The translations under genes and the position numbers were made by a program. A stretch of DNA of 64,000 nt from an uncultured virus (IMG/VR IMGVR_UViG_3300041411_000304) (Duplodnaviria; Heunggongvirae; Uroviricota; Caudoviricetes): the IMG/VR virus record IMGVR_UViG_3300041411_000304; one strand, given 5' to 3'. Under the pieces are notes generated by a model. The model did not search any database. It saw nothing but the letters and a program-made list of their open reading frames with translations, and was not told the DNA's origin. Of the stretch, positions 56,457 through 64,000 are shown piece after piece; position 1 is the first letter of the stretch, and the number at the start of each line of letters is the position of its first letter.

Positions 56457-58874
56457 ATGGCACTCCTGACTCCTGATCTGATCCAAGCAACATTCGCATC
56501 TGGCGGCGAGAAAGACACGCCGCCGCAACTCTCCCCGCAAGGCTTCGTGAACTTCACCGAAGGATACACGCCATTCTATGAGATGCGACTGGATGCCGGC
56601 CAGCCGCAAGCCAAGGCGGTTGAGCGGAAGGTCCAGAACTACATGTTCAACCAGGCCACCCTGCATGCCAAAGCTTGGCAATCGGCCTGCATTCCGCCGT
56701 GGTACGCCGGAATGCCCGGAGGCTACGCCAAGAATGCCATTGTCATCCACGAGATTGCCGGTGTGGCCACCCCGTTTCGTTCGTTGGTCGCCGGCAACGT
56801 TACCACTCCCGGCTCAGCTCCGACTCAGTGGGAATATGTTCAGACCGTCTCGGAGATGATTCAAAACATCCCGATGCCGTCTGGCGGCGCGACTACTGCT
56901 ATGGCATCGGCAGGCATCATTGCCACCGGAGGGGCGGCATACGATCCTCTGACGCTCCCTCGCGGAACATACATGTACTCCAACAATGCCGCTGCCGCTG
57001 CCACGCCGAATTTGCCAAAGGACATTCACACCGCTGCACCATCGGCGCTCGCTGGCATTCTGGAGGTGTGCACAGCAAGCGCCGTCGCAGGCGTCAAAAT
57101 ACTTCGATACGTGGACATGCTTGGCAACGTATACATCCTGCCGAGCGGCTCAACAACTTGGGTGCAATACACCAACTATGGAATCCTTCAGGCGCAGAAA
57201 CCGACTTTTGCATTGACGGCATCGACCACTACCAACAACTATCTGGCCAACTTGACGCCAGCCCCTGCTGCCCTGACAGATGGCATGGAAGTTCGACTGC
57301 GGATGCACGCAAGCAACACCGGCGCATCGACACTTAATTTGAATAACCTTGGTGCCAAGACAATTCTGGGGCAGGCCTTCCAGGCACTCTCCGGTTCCGA
57401 GATGCTGATTGGACGCAACGTGACTCTGCGTTGGACGCCGACGTCTGATGCCTGGGTCATCATCAATGCGACGTCTCGTCTCCAGGTTAACGATGCCATT
57501 GCCGATAACCATGTACCGAGCTGGAAGCAAGTCAAGGACTATGTCGCTACAGAAGTGGTCATCGACTGGGACGAAGTCCAGAACAAGCCGGACGTCGTCA
57601 TCAACAAGAACGCGGCCACCTTGTCCACTCTTTTGTTGAACCGGAATCCTGGTGGCGCCAACCCGGCCATATCTTGGCGCAACACTGATGGCGGATTAAC
57701 CAGGTTTTCCGAGTCTCTGATTGACGACAACACCATTCGTCTTGCAACACAAGCTGTGGTCCTGCGAGAGTACACGCAAACCACAGTAGACTACAAGGCG
57801 ATAACGTTTTTTCAACAAGGAATCCGCTGCACACAAACCACAAACGGCATGATCCGTTTCCTGGCAAGCGATGGACAGACAGCCAGGTACTTGTTTACCA
57901 GCAACGACACCGCCATGTACTTCTATGGCTATGATGATGCTGCCGCTGCTCAATTGATATATACGGCAAACAGACACACCCAAGTGATGGCGTTCTCCAA
58001 ACGCCCGACCTTTGAAGGGGTCGTTCCTTGGGACGAGAACAACCTGGCCATGACTGGCGCTATCTCGGCGTTTAGCCACAGCTCGCCAGGCGGCGGCTGG
58101 TTGTTCTGTGATGGTTCTGCAGTTTCGCGAACCACCTACGCGGCATTGTTTGCGAAGATTGGCACGACCTTTGGTGCCGGCAACGGATCAACAACGTTCA
58201 ACGTGCCTGACCTGCGTGGCCAGTTCGTGCGAGGTGTAGATGCCGGCAGAGGGCTTGATCCGAGTCGCGTACTCGGCTCCTCGCAAAGTTTCGCGATGCA
58301 ATCGCACAGCCACACGGCGACGGCCTCCAATGCTGGCACGCACGACCACACGGCGACGGCGCTTGCCGCTGGCAGCCACACCCATACTACAACGGTTTCC
58401 ACGGACGGAATCCACACCCACACTGCAAGCACCGGCGATGCCGGCGCACACACCCACACCGTCTCCGGCACTTCCGGAACAACTAACACTTCTCGGTTCT
58501 CTTCTGCCATCCAGCAAGGTGGTTCTGCGGCGAGCATCACCGTTCCTGCCAGCGGCCAGTCCACCACAGGCGTTATGTGCGACGGCCAGTCCGTATCTGG
58601 TCCTTTCGGTATCTACTTCACCAACACGCTGGAAGGTCACGCGCACTCCATAAGCGCCACTGCTGCTTCGAACGGCACCCACGACCACACTGTGTCCATT
58701 GCAAACAGCACCGGCCACACCCATACCGTCACCAACTCGACCATTGGCAACCACCAACACACGGTCGATGTAGACGTTGGCGGCGACCACGCCCACACCA
58801 TCGTAGTCAATGCCAACGGCTCCACCGAGACGCGCCCGACCAACGTGGCCCTTCACTACTTCATCCACATCTAA
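56457..58874 (+). CDS. tail fibre with collar domain and HxH metal-binding needle
   Basis: GWLFCDGS, FNVPDLRGQFVRG, ten HxH motifs, ETRPTNVA. Confidence 0.9.
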   Translation: MALLTPDLIQATFASGGEKDTPPQLSPQGFVNFTEGYTPFYEMRLDAGQPQAKAVERKVQNYMFNQATLHAKAWQSACIPPWYAGMPGGYAKNAIVIHEIAGVATPFRSLVAGNVTTPGSAPTQWEYVQTVSEMIQNIPMPSGGATTAMASAGIIATGGAAYDPLTLPRGTYMYSNNAAAAATPNLPKDIHTAAPSALAGILEVCTASAVAGVKILRYVDMLGNVYILPSGSTTWVQYTNYGILQAQKPTFALTASTTTNNYLANLTPAPAALTDGMEVRLRMHASNTGASTLNLNNLGAKTILGQAFQALSGSEMLIGRNVTLRWTPTSDAWVIINATSRLQVNDAIADNHVPSWKQVKDYVATEVVIDWDEVQNKPDVVINKNAATLSTLLLNRNPGGANPAISWRNTDGGLTRFSESLIDDNTIRLATQAVVLREYTQTTVDYKAITFFQQGIRCTQTTNGMIRFLASDGQTARYLFTSNDTAMYFYGYDDAAAAQLIYTANRHTQVMAFSKRPTFEGVVPWDENNLAMTGAISAFSHSSPGGGWLFCDGSAVSRTTYAALFAKIGTTFGAGNGSTTFNVPDLRGQFVRGVDAGRGLDPSRVLGSSQSFAMQSHSHTATASNAGTHDHTATALAAGSHTHTTTVSTDGIHTHTASTGDAGAHTHTVSGTSGTTNTSRFSSAIQQGGSAASITVPASGQSTTGVMCDGQSVSGPFGIYFTNTLEGHAHSISATAASNGTHDHTVSIANSTGHTHTVTNSTIGNHQHTVDVDVGGDHAHTIVVNANGSTETRPTNVALHYFIHI

Positions 58875-58882
58875 GGTTGAAT

Positions 58883-59545
58883 ATGGCAAAGTTAACGCAA
58901 AACATCATAGTGGTCGGCTGTGGCGCTACGGCGCTGCTAGCCGGCAAGTGGCTGGAGCCCTTACAGGTTGCCTGCGATGAGTTCAAAATCGTTACGGCGA
59001 ACCGCGTTGGGGCCTTCCTGGCCAACGTTGGGGTGGAGTCCGGCGGCCTGGTATCTCTGGTTGAATCGTTGTACTATACCGACCCGGTGCGAGTGGCCAA
59101 GATTTTCCGGTCGTCTATGGATATCAACAACAACAAGGTCGTGGATGAGGCTGACATTGAGTTCGCCAAACAATACATCCGCAACAGCGAGAAGATGGCC
59201 AACCGGGTCTATGCGAACCGGATGGGCAACGGCAACGAGGCCAGCGGTGATGGGTTCCGCTATCGTGGGCGCGGCGCGATGCAGACGACCGGTCGCGAGA
59301 ACTACGCCAAAGCGGGAAAAGCCCTGGGCGTGGACCTCATTGGAAACCCGGACCTGCTGACGCGACCGGACGTCGCCGCCAGATCAGCTGCGTACTTCTT
59401 CCAGAGCAACGGCTGCAACGAGATGGCAGACGGCAACCAAATCTCCCGGATCGTCCAGACCATCAATGGTGCGCTGCCCAACGCCAACAACCACGGCCCG
59501 CTTCGTTTGGAGCGGTATCACAAAGTAAGGCAGATGCTTGCCTGA
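58883..59545 (+). CDS. endolysin, GH19 chitinase-like
   Basis: AFLA..VES, ANRVYANRMGNG, YRGRGAMQTTGRENY, ING. Confidence 0.92.
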   Translation: MAKLTQNIIVVGCGATALLAGKWLEPLQVACDEFKIVTANRVGAFLANVGVESGGLVSLVESLYYTDPVRVAKIFRSSMDINNNKVVDEADIEFAKQYIRNSEKMANRVYANRMGNGNEASGDGFRYRGRGAMQTTGRENYAKAGKALGVDLIGNPDLLTRPDVAARSAAYFFQSNGCNEMADGNQISRIVQTINGALPNANNHGPLRLERYHKVRQMLA

Positions 59546-59552
59546 CCCAAAA

Positions 59553-59579
59553 GAAAGGGGCCTGAATGGCCCCTTTCTG
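59553..59579. terminator. bidirectional terminator
   Basis: AGAAAGGGGCC-TGAAT-GGCCCCTTTCT. Confidence 0.75.
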
Positions 59580-59590
59580 CTGCTTCATGG

Positions 59591-59797
59591 TTATTCAGTG
59601 ATTCCTTTCAGAACCTCTCCGGCAACATCCCCAATGCCAAAGTAGTTCGCGGCGATAGTCCCTAGTCCTACCAGTGCCGCCCTGAACACCTTGTCTTTTA
59701 CCGTTTCCCCCGCCAGCTTGACCAAGACCGCGACGACTTCCCTTTTCAGCACAGTCTTGACGACGCGAACAACGCGCAGCACGTCCTTTCTTTTCAT
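59591..59797 (-). CDS. small basic membrane-associated protein
   Basis: Basic N-terminus, hydrophobic C-part. Confidence 0.55.
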   Translation of the reverse strand: MKRKDVLRVVRVVKTVLKREVVAVLVKLAGETVKDKVFRAALVGLGTIAANYFGIGDVAGEVLKGITE

Positions 59798-60039
59798 GGT
59801 CTACCTCTCGATGCTATAGACTTCCCCCTCAGCCGTAATGGACGGCCACCAGCTGGTTTGGTTGTTGTATTGTTGGCGACCCGGAAGTCCGGACACGTAT
59901 AGTATACCTGGAAGTGGATGGCGGAACTATGGCGCCTGTCGGCGGTCTAATGCCGTCCGTATCCGGACACTAGGAAGGCGCAGACAAGAAAAAGGCCGGG
60001 CAACCGCTCGTGTGGATTGCCCGGCCTAATGTCCGCTAA

Positions 60040-60942
60040 TTAGAGGTCGAAAGCCTCGCGGTATCCATCGAAGACGGCATGGCGCGGCACGTCCTTCATC
60101 CCATGCGCAAAGAACTTATAGCGACACAAACGGCCACGATTCTTGGCACGCTCTTCCCAGGCTTTGCGGCGTTGATCGTGATCCATGGAGCCGCAGCTAA
60201 CGCGGAACGGCTTTGGATAGTCCGGGTGCGCAACGACATAGCTGCCGATCATTCCGGACGGCACGAGGCCATCGGCATGGTCCGAGCGCTTGGTGTGACC
60301 AAGTTCATCGACATAAGCCGGGTTCTCGTTGTGCATCAATTCGACTTCATCGATGATCTTGGCCTCGCCGTGGCTCATCCGCTTCACCTTCAGCAGAATG
60401 CCTTCTTTGACGGTAGAGCGCCCGAACTTGTAACGGCCATTCGGGTCGCGAATCATCACACCCTCATATCCTTCCGCCAACTTGATGGATTCGAACTCGT
60501 CAAGCTCATCCATGTTGCGGATCAACTTGTGCTCCACCAGTCGTAGGCGCGGCACGTCGATGATATCATTGAGCCGTTCAACGCGACGGGCCGCGCTGTC
60601 CAGACGCTTCTCAAAAGGATCGTTTGGGTTGGTGATATCATCGAAGATGTGCCAGGAGAAATCCGGCTCACCATCGATGGAGCGAAGCGCGCCAGAGGTG
60701 CCCTGGAACACCTTCGGATCGGTCGGACTTCCCACGGTCAACTCGCCATCGAGGCGGTCGAAGAGCGAGTTGGCGAGAGTCGCGCGCACGAAGTTGTTCT
60801 GCATCGGCTTCCGGCTGCGACTCAACATCATCTGGTCGTGGAAGGAGCGGAAGCCGTCGATTTTACCGGAGCCCAGAACCGGGAATCGGATTTCTTCTTG
60901 AACGGCATCGGAGGCCAGCAGCGGCTTGATCAGGACGGTCAT
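60040..60942 (-). CDS. ATP-dependent DNA ligase
   Basis: KIDGFR, LDGEL, IFD, EGVMIR, LLKVK. Confidence 0.93.
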   Translation of the reverse strand: MTVLIKPLLASDAVQEEIRFPVLGSGKIDGFRSFHDQMMLSRSRKPMQNNFVRATLANSLFDRLDGELTVGSPTDPKVFQGTSGALRSIDGEPDFSWHIFDDITNPNDPFEKRLDSAARRVERLNDIIDVPRLRLVEHKLIRNMDELDEFESIKLAEGYEGVMIRDPNGRYKFGRSTVKEGILLKVKRMSHGEAKIIDEVELMHNENPAYVDELGHTKRSDHADGLVPSGMIGSYVVAHPDYPKPFRVSCGSMDHDQRRKAWEERAKNRGRLCRYKFFAHGMKDVPRHAVFDGYREAFDL

Positions 60943-61520
60943 GCTTTGGCCTCCTGCTGGTTGACTTCTTCGCTCTGGTACAGGCCGATGATCGACTCAT
61001 ACAGAGGATCGTCCGTCTTCACGAACGCGCCATTGTGCATGATGCCGCGACGGTCTTTAATTTCGTTGTACGCCGATTCGAACGCCTCCAGCACATCGAT
61101 GCTGTAGAGATTCGCGACTTGCTCCAGGGAGGCGACGATGATGCCCAGTTGAACGGCCAGCTTTTCATTCTGCCCTTTGACGGCGAAACGCGCGCCACGA
61201 CCGATGGCGATGCACAGGCCGTTGACGGCGCCATGGCCAGGACGGCTAGCCAGCGCGACTTCTATGTGCGGCTTCAGCAGAGAACCGATCTGCTCCGAGA
61301 TGACCGTGGCCACAACGATACCGTCGCCAATGGCATCGATGATAAGCGCTCGGTCGCTGGTTTCCATGCCCAAAAACAGCTCTTCCATCACCTCTTCGAC
61401 CAGCTTCAAATACTGGTCCTTGGGGGTGGCACCCTTGATCAGATTGCGCGCGTGCGCCCAGCCGACGGTATTGTTGTAGGCGATTGCGAAGCGTGAGGGT
61501 CGTTCAGCGATCTGGTTCAT
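60939..61520 (-). CDS. MazG-like nucleoside triphosphate pyrophosphohydrolase
   Basis: KLVEE..E, IDAIGD, AYNEIKDRRG...FVK. Confidence 0.85.
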   Translation of the reverse strand: MNQIAERPSRFAIAYNNTVGWAHARNLIKGATPKDQYLKLVEEVMEELFLGMETSDRALIIDAIGDGIVVATVISEQIGSLLKPHIEVALASRPGHGAVNGLCIAIGRGARFAVKGQNEKLAVQLGIIVASLEQVANLYSIDVLEAFESAYNEIKDRRGIMHNGAFVKTDDPLYESIIGLYQSEEVNQQEAKA

Positions 61521-62095
61521 TGCACATTCCTGTTTGCGGCGTCAAGGGCCGAGTTCATGTTGATTTGGTTCTGGCGGGAGGTTTCGCGAGTGGCGCCGAA
61601 GTAGAAGGCCATGGCCTGCTTCAACTCGTTAAACCAGAAGCCTATGATGGTGCCGAGGGTGACGGACGCGGTCGGGTCTTTCAACATCTCGCGACCGAAG
61701 GTGAAGATGGCAATGAAGACGAACACGGACCCGGCAAGCAACACAAAGGTGATGGCCGGGCGTACCATATCCTTGTCCAGCGCAGCCAGACGTCGGGCCG
61801 AGTCGCGGTCTTGGACTTCCAACTTGTGGGTCTGGTTCTCCGTGTTGGCTACCATGGCCGCGTGCTGGTAGGAGAGTTCCGCGAGCTTGGTCCGCTCGTT
61901 TGACTGGAGTTCTTCCAGCCGTATACGGGCCTGCGGGTCGGTTTCTAGCGCTGCTGCGACGGCTGCAGGGGTTGACCCCACCCCAAGCGCGCCTGCAACC
62001 AGCAGGCCAACGGCGCCACCAGCCGGGCCGCCGATCAGGGTGCCAAGCGCCGGGGCGAACGCGCCGACCTTGGACGCGATGTCCTTCCATTCCAT
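61517..62095 (-). CDS. putative holin (3-TM, GTA-holin-like)
   Basis: APALGT.IGGP, DRDSAR, RPAIT TM segments, FYFG. Confidence 0.65.
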   Translation of the reverse strand: MEWKDIASKVGAFAPALGTLIGGPAGGAVGLLVAGALGVGSTPAAVAAALETDPQARIRLEELQSNERTKLAELSYQHAAMVANTENQTHKLEVQDRDSARRLAALDKDMVRPAITFVLLAGSVFVFIAIFTFGREMLKDPTASVTLGTIIGFWFNELKQAMAFYFGATRETSRQNQINMNSALDAANRNVQ

Positions 62096-62112
62096 GTCAA
62101 TTTCCTCGCAAA

Positions 62113-62141
62113 AATAAGGCGCCCATTAGGACGCCTTATTT
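62113..62141 (-). terminator. terminator hairpin
   Basis: AAATAAGGCG-CCCATTAGGA-CGCCTTATTT. Confidence 0.7.
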
Positions 62142-62155
62142 GGTTGGTTGGCGGG

Positions 62156-63052
62156 TTAGAATCCTTCGGCCTCGGTGGCCTCACCAACGCCATCGCCACC
62201 GCTGCTGGCTGCATCGGCCTTGTTGTAGTCCACGTTGGCTTCGCCAGCGATGATGGTGCTGTAGAAAGCTTTCGCGGATTCGTACATGCCCTTGTCCGAT
62301 ACCAGGCCTTCCAGTTCGAAGCCGGCGCCAGACCAAGTGCCCTGGTCATTGGACTGGGCGATGGTGGACAGGCGGACCAGGTTGGCGAAGGTCGGAGGAG
62401 TCTTCATGCCTTGCGGCGTCTGGACCTTCTTCTGGCTCAGCGAGGTCATCAACTTCTTGGAAGCCTTGATTTGGCTGGAGGCCAGGGAGAGGATGGCATT
62501 GCCAAACTCGCCGGTTTCCGGATCGATGACGATGACGAAGTGCTCGCGAGTGTCGGCATAGTAGTCGTTTTTCTTCTCGTTCACACTGCCATCTTCGTTC
62601 GGCACGAAGTAGCGGCGGTCAACTTCCTTGACCTTGGTGGGGTCTTGCACGATGGCGCGGAATTGCTCAACGGTGAGCACGCCCTTGAAGCCCTTGTTTT
62701 CAGCCTCGCGACCGCCCCAGCGGATGAAGCTGCGGCGATAGGCACAGGGGATGATCAGGATGCCGGCTTTGCCATCGTAGAGACGACCGGTGACGGTGTT
62801 GTAGATCATGCCGGCCTTGGCGCCTTGAACGTACTTGGCACTGTCTTCGTCCACCAGCGGGGACATCTTCTGCAGAATCTGCAGGAAGGGAATGGCATAC
62901 GACTCGGCATCAGCGCCTTCGAAGCCGGAGTGGCCGCCGAAGTCGCTCATGTCCATGAATTCAGCGACCGCGCCGCCCTGGGTGGCCAGAGCCACGTCCT
63001 TCACTTCTTCTTCTTTTCCCTTGGTCGCATCTTTCACATTGGTACCGGCCAT
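62156..63052 (-). CDS. conserved phage protein, possibly ssDNA-binding
   Basis: IPFLQILQKMSP, GAKAGMIYN; acidic C-tail ending in F. Confidence 0.6.
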   Translation of the reverse strand: MAGTNVKDATKGKEEEVKDVALATQGGAVAEFMDMSDFGGHSGFEGADAESYAIPFLQILQKMSPLVDEDSAKYVQGAKAGMIYNTVTGRLYDGKAGILIIPCAYRRSFIRWGGREAENKGFKGVLTVEQFRAIVQDPTKVKEVDRRYFVPNEDGSVNEKKNDYYADTREHFVIVIDPETGEFGNAILSLASSQIKASKKLMTSLSQKKVQTPQGMKTPPTFANLVRLSTIAQSNDQGTWSGAGFELEGLVSDKGMYESAKAFYSTIIAGEANVDYNKADAASSGGDGVGEATEAEGF

Positions 63053-63128
63053 GTTTGGCTCCTTTCTGGTTTGGTTTTCAGCGTTCAAGCTGTGGTAGTA
63101 TCGTATGGTTTTTGGTGCGGAAAAGCAA

Positions 63129-63737
63129 TCACTTTTTCTTGGCTTTGGGTGTCTTAATTTCTGCCTCGGTGAACTCGAACACGTTGACCTGCTCAGGCAG
63201 CTGGGTGCCCTTCTCTTGCTGCTCCTTGCAGAAGCTTTGGAGGGTCTGGTAGTGGACACTTTGATTGAGGGACGGGAAGAAATCGGCTTGCTCAAGGATT
63301 TCGCGGGCCTTTTTGGCCTGCTCCATCTCGCCGCGCCCGAATTCGCACGCCACGTTGGTCTTGACGATGCCGTCATTTTCGGTTTCCTCCAGCCACTTGT
63401 AGAAGGCTTTGGCCTTCTCTTCCGGCACAGAATACTTGGCCTTCTTCTTGACGACCACTTTGCGACCATCGGTCAAAGTGGTTTCTTCCAGGCCGAGTTC
63501 CTTCATGATTTCCGGAATCAGCTCACGCTTGACCTTGGACAACTCTTCCTGCTTTTCCGCCAGCTCCTTCTCAAGCCGGGCGACGTCTGCGGCCAGGCCG
63601 TTGGCGGAGTTGACCTGGACCAGCAGGCGGGTGCCCGCAGGCAACTCTTCCACGTTGGCTTCCGGGAGGTCGGCCCAGTAGTCCAGCGGTGCCGATTCGT
63701 TCACGTGTTCGGGGATTTGGTCTTCAGGGGTGCTCAC
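63129..63737 (-). CDS. conserved phage replication-region protein
   Basis: GTG after GGAG; IPEIM.ELGL...DG, VH.QTL..F.KE. Confidence 0.7.
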   Translation of the reverse strand: MSTPEDQIPEHVNESAPLDYWADLPEANVEELPAGTRLLVQVNSANGLAADVARLEKELAEKQEELSKVKRELIPEIMKELGLEETTLTDGRKVVVKKKAKYSVPEEKAKAFYKWLEETENDGIVKTNVACEFGRGEMEQAKKAREILEQADFFPSLNQSVHYQTLQSFCKEQQEKGTQLPEQVNVFEFTEAEIKTPKAKKK

Positions 63738-64000
63738 AAAGAAATCTCCACTTCGATGTAGTCCTTCAGGATGCGATCCCACTTCAACATCTTGATGGAG
63801 TCGAAACGACGCAACAAGATGGCCGAGCAGGCCGCGATGATTGCCGGGTCGCCCACGGCCATGAGAAAGTCGCCAGTTTCAAAGTCGACCAGTTCGGCCT
63901 TGGCCTTGCTGATGACCGGCGCCATTAGTGCCGTCTCTTCATCCGAATCGATGACGGATCGAAGCGCGCCAAATCGCGCGGCCTTGGTGAAGTCCAGCTG
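63734..64000 (-). CDS. hypothetical protein (begins beyond window end)
   Basis: DFLMAVGDP...LKWDR. Confidence 0.6.
   Translation of the reverse strand, partial: QLDFTKAARFGALRSVIDSDEETALMAPVISKAKAELVDFETGDFLMAVGDPAIIAACSAILLRRFDSIKMLKWDRILKDYIEVEISL

Noticed and set aside
56457..58874. Diversity-generating retroelement or invertible fibre cassette
   Set aside because: No reverse transcriptase, template repeat, invertase or second fibre end visible.
78..63761. Many long antisense ORFs (e.g. 78-1115, 5883-6905, 37988-39346, 62144-63157)
   Set aside because: They mirror well-supported genes on the other strand, as expected in GC-rich DNA.
1..64000. tRNA genes, lysogeny module, IS elements, host genes
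   Set aside because: None recognisable by eye; tRNAscan-SE and HMM searches are needed to exclude them formally.

Overview
Nearly complete genome of a lytic contractile-tailed dsDNA phage with PB1/E217-like (Pbunavirus/Lindbergviridae-type) organisation. The window begins and ends inside genes, and no DNA polymerase gene is visible. Layout: nucleotide-metabolism and replication genes (1-15 kb: HAD phosphatase, divergent ThyX, FAD oxidoreductase, RecD/Dda-like helicase, WYL-domain protein, RepB-type primase, VapE helicase). A non-coding ori-like element and terS follow (15-16.3 kb). A leftward accessory region of small genes with many sigma70-like promoters spans 16.8-34 kb, interrupted by terL. 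Then come portal/head genes, a second copy of the ori-like element (37.5 kb), capsid, neck, tail, baseplate, T4-gp37-like fibre and GH19 endolysin (34-59.5 kb), and finally ligase, MazG and a holin on the minus strand. No integrase, tRNA or CRISPR array was seen. Most notable: (i) a tandem array of seven diverged ~75-85 aa paralogues, several in repeated promoter/leader/hairpin cassettes; (ii) two homologous iteron/inverted-repeat elements with a GT/CA strand-composition switch; (iii) early promoters whose -10 box sits in the loop of an inverted repeat with different arms each time; (iv) a DUF6527-like putative Ser-His peptidase; (v) EF-P-domain-I-like KOW modules; (vi) tail chaperones G and GT apparently encoded by two separate genes. 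All family assignments come from recalled motifs; no searches were run.
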